From: an uncultured Nitrospiraceae bacterium
GTDB lineage: Bacteria; Nitrospirota; Nitrospiria; Nitrospirales; Nitrospiraceae
Assembly: GCA_963730935.1 (NCBI GenBank)
Contig: CAVSTP010000004.1
Coordinates: forward strand, 640,001 to 704,000
Length of the DNA stretch: 64,000 bases
Direction: 5' to 3'
Below the pieces are notes generated by a model. That model searched no databases, had not been told where the DNA came from, and worked only from the letters and a program-made list of their open reading frames with translations. Positions 50,956 through 60,658 of the stretch are shown here, piece after piece (the first letter of the stretch is position 1; each line of letters begins with the position of its first letter). Made by a program: the position numbers and the translations under genes.

Positions 50956-51263
50956 AAAAACCCTCCTTTCCTCAACGGCCACGCGTACGTGCGTGACCGG
51001 GCCCGAACCCAGTTAAAGCACACCGGATGAATCACGAATGAGAAATGAGATATGAGAACCGGGAACGGATGGGCGGGTTCTGTGCAGAAGAGAAGACGTG
51101 CTCACGAGACCCATCTTGGTTACAAATCGCGCGCGCAGCATGTACCATACGGATTTTAATGTTGTCAAGCAGTTCTTTCTCCTGAAGGACGATTGGCCTC
51201 CGGTGGACAAGCCCCGGGCAGTCCCCTATAGTGGGCCAACGCCTTCCGAGAGGATCGTCTTCA

Positions 51264-52349
51264 ATGATGCTGCGCAAGCTGCTGGACCGGTATATCTTCA
51301 CGGAATTGCTCTCACCATTCAGTCTGAGTCTCGGCACCCTGTGCTTCATCATGTTGACCCGTGAATTGCTTCGACTGGTCGAACTCCTCGTCTCCAAAGG
51401 GGTCGGGCTATGGGCGGTCCTTAAGGTATTTGCCCACCTCCTCCCGTCGTTCCTGGTCTTGACCCTTCCCATTGCCGGCATCATTGCGTCGATCACGGCA
51501 TTTGGCCGGCTGTCGCTGGACAAGGAACTCGTGGCGATGCGGGCGGCCGGCTTGAGCCTCCTGCGGCTGGCCCGTCCGGTCATGCTCTTCGCCCTCCTGG
51601 TCTTCGGGCTGACGACATGGCTGGCTCAATGGGGTCAGCCCTGGAGTTCGATCAATCTCAAGAAGGTGGCGCTCAATCTCCTCCGTGATCAGCTCGTGCT
51701 GGCTCTGGAGCGGGGATCCTTCGCGGAACCGATCCCGAAAATGACGATTTACGTCTCGGAGAAGGGCGATGAGACCTCGGGCGGCATCTTCATCTCGGAT
51801 GAGCGCAATGCCGAGGACCCCCGTATCATTGTCGCGCACGGCTACCATGTGCTGATCGACAGCTCGACGGACCAGGTCGCCTTACGGCTGCGTGACGGCG
51901 TGATCCATAGCCGCCCGGACGAGCTCGATCAATACCAGCTGGCATCCTTTTCGAGTTACGACCTGAAATTGTCCCTCGCGCAGAGCGGCTACGCCGCGAC
52001 CGAGGAACGGCCCTCGTATCAGCAACTTATCGACCGGTTGAACCAGTCCCCCCGCGACCCCTGGGCCTTACGGCGGCTGACCGAATATTACAAGGACATG
52101 GCCTTTCCCACCGCATCGCTGATCCTGTGCATGCTGGGCGTCCCAGTCGGGATCGTCTCGAAGCGCTCGGGGCGAATCGGCGGATTTGCTGTCGGTGTGT
52201 TCGTCATCGTCGCCTATTACGTGATGAATATGGCGTGCGAGTTTCTCGTGACCGCCGCCGTGATTCCGCCCTTCGCCGGCGCCTGGCTGCCGAATAGCGT
52301 CTTTCTGATCATCACGCTGCTGTGGTTCTCCCGCATGAGCAGACAGTAA
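51264..52349 (+). CDS. lptF: LPS export permease LptF
   Basis: LDRYIF.E, RLSLDKELVAMRAAGLS and AWLPN. Confidence 0.85.
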   Translation: MMLRKLLDRYIFTELLSPFSLSLGTLCFIMLTRELLRLVELLVSKGVGLWAVLKVFAHLLPSFLVLTLPIAGIIASITAFGRLSLDKELVAMRAAGLSLLRLARPVMLFALLVFGLTTWLAQWGQPWSSINLKKVALNLLRDQLVLALERGSFAEPIPKMTIYVSEKGDETSGGIFISDERNAEDPRIIVAHGYHVLIDSSTDQVALRLRDGVIHSRPDELDQYQLASFSSYDLKLSLAQSGYAATEERPSYQQLIDRLNQSPRDPWALRRLTEYYKDMAFPTASLILCMLGVPVGIVSKRSGRIGGFAVGVFVIVAYYVMNMACEFLVTAAVIPPFAGAWLPNSVFLIITLLWFSRMSRQ

Positions 52350-52354
52350 CGGCC

Positions 52355-53446
52355 ATGCCGATCCTCTTCCGCTACCTACTCAAGGAATACGCCAGGATCT
52401 TCCTCATGTGTTTCGCCGGTCTCATGACGGTCTATCTCGTCATCGATTTTTTTGAAAAGGTCCGCCGTTTTCTGAGCTACGACGCCCGATGGGTGGATGT
52501 GCTGAGCTACTTTGCGCTGAAGGTTCCTGCCATTTCGTTCCAGATCATTCCGCTCGCCGTCCTCATGGCCACGTTGCTTACGCTTGGGCTGTTGTCGCGC
52601 AACAACGAGATTACCGCGTTGCGGAGCTGCGGCATCAGCCTGCCCTGGATCGCCTCGCCCTTCCTGACCTTCGCCGCCATGATGACCCTGGTGCTGTTGC
52701 TGTTCAGTTCCACCATCATTCCGTTGGCCACGAGTAAAGCGGAAGAAATTCGCGTAATCTTCATTGAAAAAAAACCTCCGTCCGCGGTGGTCAAACTGCC
52801 GCTCCCCTGGACACGAGTCGACGCCGATACTCTGCTCCATGTCGCCAGCGTCACCCTTGGCGGCGACACGTTGGCCGGTGTGCAACTCTTCCATTTCGAT
52901 CAGGCCTTTCGCCTGATCGACATGACGGAAGCCCAGGAAGCGCATTATGCCAACCGGACCTGGACCTTGCAGCGGGGATTTCACCGCCGGTTCAATCGTG
53001 ACGGTACCGTGACGGCCACTGAATTCGATTCCAAACCGATCACCCTGGCCCTGATCCCAAACGATTTCACCGGTGGACTCGGCGGAGAACCGGAACTGAT
53101 GACATTTCGCGACATCCAAGATTCCCGGGAACGGCTGTATCAACACGGCTCGCAATTCGCGCGGCTGCTGACTGATTATTACGGACGCATCGCCTTTCCC
53201 CTCGTCACGATCATCATGGTGCTCGTCGGCATCGCACTGAGCCTTCGTCGAAGCGGCATCAGGGGCGGCAGCATGGCCATCGGCATCGGCCAGGCGTTGC
53301 TTGTGGGGTTCTTATACTGGGCCGCTCACTCCATCGCGATCGCCTTCGGACGCGGCGGCGCGTTGCCGCCCGTCGTCGCCGGCTGGCTCACGAACGTGCT
53401 GTTCACGAGCTACGGTCTCTATTTGATGCTGAAGTTGAAATACTGA
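52355..53446 (+). CDS. lptG: LPS export permease LptG
   Basis: ILFRYL, LSRNNEITALRSCGIS and AGWLTN. Confidence 0.85.
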   Translation: MPILFRYLLKEYARIFLMCFAGLMTVYLVIDFFEKVRRFLSYDARWVDVLSYFALKVPAISFQIIPLAVLMATLLTLGLLSRNNEITALRSCGISLPWIASPFLTFAAMMTLVLLLFSSTIIPLATSKAEEIRVIFIEKKPPSAVVKLPLPWTRVDADTLLHVASVTLGGDTLAGVQLFHFDQAFRLIDMTEAQEAHYANRTWTLQRGFHRRFNRDGTVTATEFDSKPITLALIPNDFTGGLGGEPELMTFRDIQDSRERLYQHGSQFARLLTDYYGRIAFPLVTIIMVLVGIALSLRRSGIRGGSMAIGIGQALLVGFLYWAAHSIAIAFGRGGALPPVVAGWLTNVLFTSYGLYLMLKLKY

Positions 53447-53529
53447 CGCTGCCCGTGACCGCTGATGCGGTTGACGGAGCCTGACTGCTTCCGGTAAGAA
53501 GACAGCAGGAACGCAAGAGGAATTGACGC

Positions 53530-54786
53530 ATGCGCGGTCAGATCGTCGTCACCGGATTAGGGGTGATCAGCCCGATCGGTATCGGGGTGAGCGAATTCTG
53601 GAAAGCGGCTCTGGACGGCCGTTCAGGAGTGTCCGCGATCGCGGGCTTCGACCCGTTTCCCATGGACGGCTACCGCTCGAAGGTCGCAGGCCAGATTCAC
53701 GGCTTCTCCCCCGAGCGGTATCTCGATAGTGTCCAAGCCGAACGTGTGGACCGGTATGCGCAGTTTGCGCTGGTCGCCGCCAAAGAAGCACTGGCGGACT
53801 CTGGCCTGCAGCTGGCCAAAGAAAATCCCCGCCGGATCGGAGTCATCGTCGGTGCCGGGATGGGCGGTATGGTCATGGGCGAACGGGAAATCACCCAACT
53901 GTACGAATCCCAGCGTCCGCACCGCGTTCATCCGAATTTCATTCCCGTCATTACGCTGAATTCCGCGTCAGGCATTGTCGCCATGGCCCACGGGGCCAAG
54001 GGACCGAACTACACAATCTCGACCGCCTGCTCTTCGAGCGCTCACGCCTTGGGGCAAGCCATGCAGTGCATCAGAGAGGGTCGTGCCGACGTGGTGATCA
54101 CCGTCGGTGCCGATGCCAGCATCACGCCGCTGGTGTTTGCGGGCTTCTGCTCCCTGCGCGCGCTCTCGACCAAATACAACGATCAACCCGAACGAGCCTC
54201 GCGTCCCTTCGACCGTTCGCGTGACGGATTCGTGATGGGGGAAGGCGCCGGCGCTCTCGTGTTGGAATCCTCCGCCCATGCAAAAAAGCGAAAAGCGCGC
54301 ATTTACGCAGAAGTGGCCGGCTACGCCGCAACCAGCGAGGCCTATCATATGGTCATCCCGCGGGAAGACGGCGAAGAAATCGCTGCCACGATGCGCCTCG
54401 CCATGGCCGACGCAGGCATTGCGGCATCGCAGATCGATTACATCAACGCCCATGCGACGTCCACGTCGATCGGTGATGCGGTGGAAGCCAAAGCCATCCG
54501 CCAGGTCTTCCGATCACGTGCAGACAAGATTGCGGTCAGCGCCACCAAGTCGCTTATCGGCCATACCTTGGGAGCGGCGGGCGCGATCGGGGGCGTTGCC
54601 ACCGTGCTGGCCATCCATACGGGGCAGATCCATCCGACTGCCAATTTTGAGGAACCGGATCCGGCCTGCGCCTTGCGGGGCCTCAGTGCCTCCGTGCAGG
54701 AACGGAAAGTCAAGGCAGCGCTGCTCAACGCGTTTGGTTTCGGCAGCAACAACGCCGCCGTCGTCATCAAGCGTTATGCAGCCTGA
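53530..54786 (+). CDS. fabF: Beta-ketoacyl-ACP synthase II
   Basis: VVTGLG, STACSSS, NAHATST, KSLIGH and NAFGFG. Confidence 0.9.
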   Translation: MRGQIVVTGLGVISPIGIGVSEFWKAALDGRSGVSAIAGFDPFPMDGYRSKVAGQIHGFSPERYLDSVQAERVDRYAQFALVAAKEALADSGLQLAKENPRRIGVIVGAGMGGMVMGEREITQLYESQRPHRVHPNFIPVITLNSASGIVAMAHGAKGPNYTISTACSSSAHALGQAMQCIREGRADVVITVGADASITPLVFAGFCSLRALSTKYNDQPERASRPFDRSRDGFVMGEGAGALVLESSAHAKKRKARIYAEVAGYAATSEAYHMVIPREDGEEIAATMRLAMADAGIAASQIDYINAHATSTSIGDAVEAKAIRQVFRSRADKIAVSATKSLIGHTLGAAGAIGGVATVLAIHTGQIHPTANFEEPDPACALRGLSASVQERKVKAALLNAFGFGSNNAAVVIKRYAA

Positions 54787-54828
54787 CCCGTCGCCCAGAC
54801 GGAACCCCTCCGCCAAGGACGTTGCCGC

Positions 54829-55131
54829 ATGAGCGACCCAAACGTAACCCAAAAGATTGTCGCCGCACTCGCCGACTATCTGAAGCGAGATCCCAAGACG
54901 ATCCAGCCGGACCTCCATTTGCGCGACGATCTGGGCCTCGACTCTATGGCGGTGATCGAGCTGTTGTACAAAATCGAAGAAACCTTCGATCTTCAAATCC
55001 CGGATCAGGACTTAGTCAGGCTTTCGACGGTCGGAGCCGTGGCCAAGTACGTCGATCAACGCCTGGCACCTGTCAAACGGACGGCGGGCGCCACCCGAAA
55101 CCCACCCGCCAAAGGGAAGAAGAAGACCTAA
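54829..55131 (+). CDS. Acyl carrier protein
   Basis: DDLGLDSMAVIEL phosphopantetheine site and a basic C-terminal tail. Confidence 0.9.
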   Translation: MSDPNVTQKIVAALADYLKRDPKTIQPDLHLRDDLGLDSMAVIELLYKIEETFDLQIPDQDLVRLSTVGAVAKYVDQRLAPVKRTAGATRNPPAKGKKKT

Positions 55132-55137
55132 GCCGCT

Positions 55138-56232
55138 ATGGGATCGCTCTCGGCGCCTATCAGTCTCACCCTCGCACAGATCCATCAACTGGTCGGCGGC
55201 ACGCTCCACGGCAATGGCGCCGCCGTCCTGTCGTCGCTCTCAAGCCTGAACGATGCGACGCCGCAAGCGCTCGCATTTCTTGCGAGCGACCACGCCGCAA
55301 AAATACCTGGCGGCATCAAGGCGGGCGCACTCCTCGTCCATCGGCATTTTCCCGACCTCGCGATCCCGCAGCTCGTGGTGCCGAATCCCCTCCTCGCCTT
55401 TGCGCAAGTGGCCCAAACGTTTTTTGTCCGGCTGCCGGCGACGCGTGGGATCGCGGCAGAAGTGACCAAAGGCGCCGGGGTTCGCATCGGAGACGATCCG
55501 TCCATCTGGCCCTTCGTCACATTGGGAGACCGCGTCACGATCGGGGCGAGAGTCACGCTCTATCCCGGTGTGTATATCGGAGCCGATTCATCGGTGGGCG
55601 ATGACAGCGTGCTCTATCCGAACGTGGTGGTTCGAGAGGGCTGTTCGATCGGCGCTCGGGTGATCATCCACGGCGGGACCGTGATTGGAGCGGATGGGTT
55701 CGGGTACGTGCAACACGAAGGCCGGCATCATAAGATCCCCCAGCTCGGCGGGGTGACGATCGAGGACGACGTGGAGTTGGGAGCCAACGTGACGATCGAT
55801 CGGGCCACGCTCGGGCACACCGTCGTCAAGCAAGGCACGAAGATCGACAATCTCGTGCAGATCGCGCACAACGTCACCGTGGGGGAACACGACATCATCG
55901 TGGCCCAGGTCGGCGTCGCCGGCAGCACGACGATCGGCCATCACGTCATGATCGGCGGACAGGCCGGACTGGCGGATCATCTCACGATCGGCAACCAGGC
56001 GATGATTGCCGCGCGGGCGGGAGTGAACCGCAGTGTGGAGGCCAATCAGATCGTGTCAGGTGCGCCTATTATGCCGCATGAAACCTGGATGAAGGCCCAA
56101 GCCGTCATTCCCCGGCTGCCTGAGCTGCGACAGTTGGTGCGCGATCTCGCGCAGCGAGTAGAACGCCTTGAGGCCGCGCTCAAGAGTGCGAAGACGGGAA
56201 AACAGCCGCGGAAGAAATCCGGCCGGAAATGA
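55138..56232 (+). CDS. lpxD: UDP-3-O-(3-hydroxyacyl)glucosamine N-acyltransferase
   Basis: Hexapeptide repeats, GADGFGY and KIDNLVQIAHNV. Confidence 0.95.
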   Translation: MGSLSAPISLTLAQIHQLVGGTLHGNGAAVLSSLSSLNDATPQALAFLASDHAAKIPGGIKAGALLVHRHFPDLAIPQLVVPNPLLAFAQVAQTFFVRLPATRGIAAEVTKGAGVRIGDDPSIWPFVTLGDRVTIGARVTLYPGVYIGADSSVGDDSVLYPNVVVREGCSIGARVIIHGGTVIGADGFGYVQHEGRHHKIPQLGGVTIEDDVELGANVTIDRATLGHTVVKQGTKIDNLVQIAHNVTVGEHDIIVAQVGVAGSTTIGHHVMIGGQAGLADHLTIGNQAMIAARAGVNRSVEANQIVSGAPIMPHETWMKAQAVIPRLPELRQLVRDLAQRVERLEAALKSAKTGKQPRKKSGRK

Positions 56233-56244
56233 TCGCTTGCCGTT

Positions 56245-56781
56245 TCACTTGACCACCCCGCGCCAAAAGACCAGCTTGCTCCAATAAAACCCGGCCCACG
56301 GCATGAGCAGCGCCGGGACGGCGTCCATCGATCCGTAGATGATGGCCCACAGGGAGCCCCCCAGTACAAGAGCGACTCCGGCCAGATAGCCCATGGGTAC
56401 CAGCTTGCGCCCTCGATGCTCGATCGGAGGAATCACCGGTTCAGGCTTGGCTTTCCGCTGCGTGCGTTGCACCGCCGTCCGCATGCGCGCGGCAAACACA
56501 CCGGGAACCGTTTCAAGCAGATAGCGATGATAGCGTGTTTGCAGCCAGCCGATGAGTGCGCCCAACACGAGGAGCGCCGAACTGGTTGCAAATGTCGTCC
56601 AGGTGTATGTCTCGGAGGCGACGAGCTGATAGCCGAGCGTGCCGATTCCACCGAGCATGCAGATCAGCCCCAGGAAACCGGAGGGCAGAAGAATATAGGT
56701 CCGGACGTAATGGCGCGCCTGCGTCTGGATGTCCTCGTTGCGCCACGCTTTGACGAGTTTGGCCATCGACACCTTCCCCAT
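56245..56781 (-). CDS. Hypothetical membrane protein
   Basis: Four TM segments. Confidence 0.7.
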   Translation of the reverse strand: MGKVSMAKLVKAWRNEDIQTQARHYVRTYILLPSGFLGLICMLGGIGTLGYQLVASETYTWTTFATSSALLVLGALIGWLQTRYHRYLLETVPGVFAARMRTAVQRTQRKAKPEPVIPPIEHRGRKLVPMGYLAGVALVLGGSLWAIIYGSMDAVPALLMPWAGFYWSKLVFWRGVVK

Positions 56782-56890
56782 TGGCTCGTAGGGTCGGCAT
56801 CATAACACTGTTCCCCGCGTGAAGCATTTGGCCGCTCACTAGAGGCTACAGGCACACGATACATGAACTCTGTCGCGTCGCAATCTTTCT

Positions 56891-57280
56891 TCACTCGACA
56901 AGCGCGCGGAGGGACTGTACGCGCGCCACATCATCAACTGGCATCAAGGACTGAAACTGGCTTTGCGCGCCAAGCGCGAACGCCGACCTCCCGCTTTCGC
57001 TCACACCCAATAAGGAACTCAAAGACGCGAGGTATTCTCCGCGCCCGTTGGCGATGTCTTGTTCCAAATTCGACTGATTGTATGCGGCAAACGCGATGAC
57101 CTTGTGTTCGGATTTCAACAGACCATCGTCATTCCACCACGTTCGACCGGACGTCGAGACGGTCACGTTGGTTGTCGAATCCAAGATTTCTTGGATGGTA
57201 CCCGTAATGGTGCAGCCGGTCAGGACACTGACCGCAAGGCTTAGAAGCGTCAACAATCTATATGGCATTGTTGTTGGCAT
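56891..57280 (-). CDS. DUF3015-like lipoprotein
   Basis: Lipobox LTGC and NLEQDIANGRGEYLASL. Confidence 0.75.
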   Translation of the reverse strand: MPTTMPYRLLTLLSLAVSVLTGCTITGTIQEILDSTTNVTVSTSGRTWWNDDGLLKSEHKVIAFAAYNQSNLEQDIANGRGEYLASLSSLLGVSESGRSAFALGAQSQFQSLMPVDDVARVQSLRALVE

Positions 57281-57462
57281 GTGGGACCTCCTTAGGGAGT
57301 GGATATAGCCCTCCTTACTGACGATAGCACAGAACTTTGCTCGCACACCTGAGGAGGACACTAGGCAGAGCATCGCGCTATGCCCGGCGGCCTAGACGAG
57401 GTGATGGCGCTACTGTGGCTGGAGGTGATTGGTGAATCGTCTTACGTCAGGCGAGATCGATG

Positions 57463-59562
57463 TCAGACGGCCGGCAAGATTTCGGCGATCGCCGCCCGCT
57501 CGACGCGTCCGATGCTGACCCATTGTTCGGCCATAGGCACCAGCGCTTGAATGCGACTGTCCACCGCTTTGAGCCGTTGAGCCAGCGTCGTGTTTTTCCG
57601 ATAGGCGGCGACCATGAGAAACGCTCGGAGGCCTTGGAGAAACATGGTGATCATGCCGGCCTGCACCGCCTCGGACGCGTCATGCAGGGCTTCCACCTGT
57701 TCGATGATGGGAGCCACTTGCGAGGACGTGACAAAGTCCGCTGTTCCGGCTTGTTGCAGATCCCCGAGGATTTGGCTCACGACCGGGATCCGCCGGCTGA
57801 CCTCCTCGACAAAACGTTCGTCCATCCGGTCGAGTTCGTCCAAGATGCGCCGGATCCCGTCCACCGAGATGTCCGCGCCCTCCTGCTCCGCCCGAAAAAT
57901 GACGGCGTCGAGCACGTCACGAGCCGGTTGCACCGATCGTGACCGGACGTGTTGGAGATCGCGCAACGCGGTCAGCAAGGAAGTGCCGGACGTCAGCTGG
58001 ATGGAGGCCACTGGAGGTTCCGCCTTGAATACAGGAGTTTCCATGGCTTCCAATGTTTCCGAAGGCTCGTCAGGCCTTCCCTCCGCAACACGGACCGCCG
58101 CACTGATCCGTTGGAGTCCCGACTGGAGAGCGGCCAACGCCGCGGCCATTGCCCTGGGGTCCTGCCGTCCGACATCGTGAAGAGTCGGCAACAGCTTCAA
58201 CACCATCTCTTCAATCGATGTCAGATGCACTGTGGCCGCGGATCGGCCGAGATTGGTGAGACCTTGCAGCATGATGCCGTACAATTTGGACTTGGCGGGC
58301 CCATTCGCCCCTTCTCCGAGCCGCTTCACAGCAGCATGAATCTGTGCCAGCCACTCATGCGCCTCCAGCGCAAACAGGCCGACCACCTCTCGTTCGAAAC
58401 TGGCATCGACGGTGTCTTGAGTTGTCGGACCCCCCGCGGCCCAGCTGTCGGACTGGGGCCCGACATCCGAGGTTCCGGCCGTAGACCGGGATTCGACCAC
58501 ACCCTGAATGGCGCTGGCCAACGCATCCAGGTTTTCCAGCAATGAGGCAAATTGATCCGAGACGGTCGGCACCTGCCTCGACCGCCGATCTGACGGGAGT
58601 CCGGATGTAAAAGAGACCCTTGCGACATCCGGAGATTCCACCGTTTCTATAATGGAGACGAGAGGCGACGAACTCAGATCAATTTCCCGCTTCTCCTGTC
58701 TACTGTCGAACTCAACCGCGACAATCGGACGCAGCGGGAATTCGACGTTGGTGCCGACAACGGATCCGACCTCTCCGGTCGTGAGCCGGACCAGTGTTCC
58801 CAATGGATATGCTGACAATTGTTCAACTAATGCTTTTACAATCTCGCGGGGAAAGGCCGACCGTTCTGCAACCAGCAGCTCACGAACGGCCTCATGAGGG
58901 AAAAATCGGCGGCGATACGGACGCGGCGTCACCAGGGCATCGAACACATCCACCGCACCGATGATTTGAGCCATTTCATGAATGTCCCGACCCTTGAGCC
59001 GGTTGGGATAGCCTCGTCCGTTCCATCGTTCGTGGGCCTGACGAACGACCTTCGCCAGCCATTCCCATTTCGGTCCTAGCTTGTGGACCAACTGATAGCC
59101 CAACTCTGGATGCTGCTCGATCAAGGTCCGTTCCTCGTGAGTCAGACGACCGGACTTCGTCACGACCGATGGAGGGACGGCGAAGAGGCCGATGTCGTGC
59201 ACAAGGCCGGCCAAAGTGAGTCGTTCAAGTTCCTGTCCGTAGTAGCCCAAGCCGGAACCAACCTTCGTGGCCAAGATGCTCACGTTGATCAGATTGGTGA
59301 TCAATGTGGATCCGCTCGGTCCCGCCAAGGCCTGGACGACGAGTTGATCGTTACGGCCGATCGACTCGGCGATGTCCTTCGCCAGCGCCGACACCACAGC
59401 CATGTCCAAGGGATCCTGGCGTTGGATCGTCGATGCCAAGGAGGTTAATTCCTGCTCGGCCCGCCGGTAGACATCTGTCGCTCGTCGTTCTTCCATTGCT
59501 TCGTATCGCTTTATCTGCAACGCATGTGCACTCGCTCCAGCATGCAATCGACCGGAAGGCAT
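57463..59562 (-). CDS. HD-GYP domain protein fused to two Hpt-like domains
   Basis: HDIG, HERWNGRGYP and RPYR; C-terminal half resembles 59591-60523; the start may instead be 59496. Confidence 0.85.
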   Translation of the reverse strand: MPSGRLHAGASAHALQIKRYEAMEERRATDVYRRAEQELTSLASTIQRQDPLDMAVVSALAKDIAESIGRNDQLVVQALAGPSGSTLITNLINVSILATKVGSGLGYYGQELERLTLAGLVHDIGLFAVPPSVVTKSGRLTHEERTLIEQHPELGYQLVHKLGPKWEWLAKVVRQAHERWNGRGYPNRLKGRDIHEMAQIIGAVDVFDALVTPRPYRRRFFPHEAVRELLVAERSAFPREIVKALVEQLSAYPLGTLVRLTTGEVGSVVGTNVEFPLRPIVAVEFDSRQEKREIDLSSSPLVSIIETVESPDVARVSFTSGLPSDRRSRQVPTVSDQFASLLENLDALASAIQGVVESRSTAGTSDVGPQSDSWAAGGPTTQDTVDASFEREVVGLFALEAHEWLAQIHAAVKRLGEGANGPAKSKLYGIMLQGLTNLGRSAATVHLTSIEEMVLKLLPTLHDVGRQDPRAMAAALAALQSGLQRISAAVRVAEGRPDEPSETLEAMETPVFKAEPPVASIQLTSGTSLLTALRDLQHVRSRSVQPARDVLDAVIFRAEQEGADISVDGIRRILDELDRMDERFVEEVSRRIPVVSQILGDLQQAGTADFVTSSQVAPIIEQVEALHDASEAVQAGMITMFLQGLRAFLMVAAYRKNTTLAQRLKAVDSRIQALVPMAEQWVSIGRVERAAIAEILPAV

Positions 59563-59590
59563 GCCAAGGCGGAGCGGCGACCGAGTGCGG

Positions 59591-60523
59591 TCATCGCGCT
59601 GGAAGTGCCTGCCCGATGGCCGTTCGCTCGGCCCTGCCGTGTTCGACCCACAGATGGATCAACTCCCGGATGGCGGCCAGCCGACCAATCACCGCCTGCA
59701 CGCGGGTGCCGGCGAGTCGCACGCGGTGCTGGGCAACCACCGACAAGAGACTTTGCAATCCGCCGAAGAAGGTCATGGCCGGCGTCACATTGACCTGCTG
59801 CGCTTCAGCGCGTAACTGCTCTACTTCTTGGAGGGATGCCTCCAAGGCCTCGCCGGGAACCCCAGGGTCGGCGGCCAAGGCGGTCAGCTTCGCCGTCAGG
59901 CCGGGCATCTGAGCATCGACGACCTGGACAAAGGCCTCTTCGGACGCCGCCATGCGGTCGAGGTACCCCTGAATGACATCGACGCCGACTTGCTGCACGC
60001 CGGCCTGTACCTGTCCTTCCATCTGATCGATCAGGGTCTTGATCAGATTTCGTTCCATCGGACCCGCCGTAGGCGCCTGCGTCGACTGGAGTGTACGGAG
60101 TGTGTCGAGGAATTCCGCCGGGGACACCGCGGGCGCGGCCTCCACGGCTTCCGTCTCGGCCACTGATTCGAAGGACACGCCCGTGGCGTTCGTCAATGCC
60201 GTATGGATCTGTCCGAGCTGTTTACAGAGGGAGAGGAAATGTTGCACGGAAAATGACTTCGTCGGATCCTTGATCGCCTCGATGAAGGGCAGCGCGGCGA
60301 AACTGGCCTGTTCCACGTCAGGGAGATTGATGGTGGCAGCGGATCCCCCGAGATTGGTGACTCCGGCCGTGAGGGTTCCGATCAGCGCGGCATGGCGTTC
60401 TGGCGGCGGCCCCTGCTGCAGTTCGTCCAGCGCCACATGAATGTTCTGCAGCCATTCGTGCGCCTCCTGGACAAAGAGATCGACGAGCTCTTTTTGAAAT
60501 TCATCTGACGTATCGCCCGACAT
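59591..60523 (-). CDS. Tandem Hpt-like domain protein
   Basis: ELVDLFVQEAHEWL...TNLGGSAATI four-helix-bundle pattern. Confidence 0.75.
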   Translation of the reverse strand: MSGDTSDEFQKELVDLFVQEAHEWLQNIHVALDELQQGPPPERHAALIGTLTAGVTNLGGSAATINLPDVEQASFAALPFIEAIKDPTKSFSVQHFLSLCKQLGQIHTALTNATGVSFESVAETEAVEAAPAVSPAEFLDTLRTLQSTQAPTAGPMERNLIKTLIDQMEGQVQAGVQQVGVDVIQGYLDRMAASEEAFVQVVDAQMPGLTAKLTALAADPGVPGEALEASLQEVEQLRAEAQQVNVTPAMTFFGGLQSLLSVVAQHRVRLAGTRVQAVIGRLAAIRELIHLWVEHGRAERTAIGQALPAR

Positions 60524-60658
60524 GCATTCACTCCCTCACTGCGGCAGGACGCCATGGAAAAGCCGTTGCGCTGAGCGGTCGGTCGCCTGCGGGTGTGCAA
60601 GGGAGAATCACCGGCGGATCACATCGAGGCCCGCATGAGCCGGACGAGTACTGACGCA

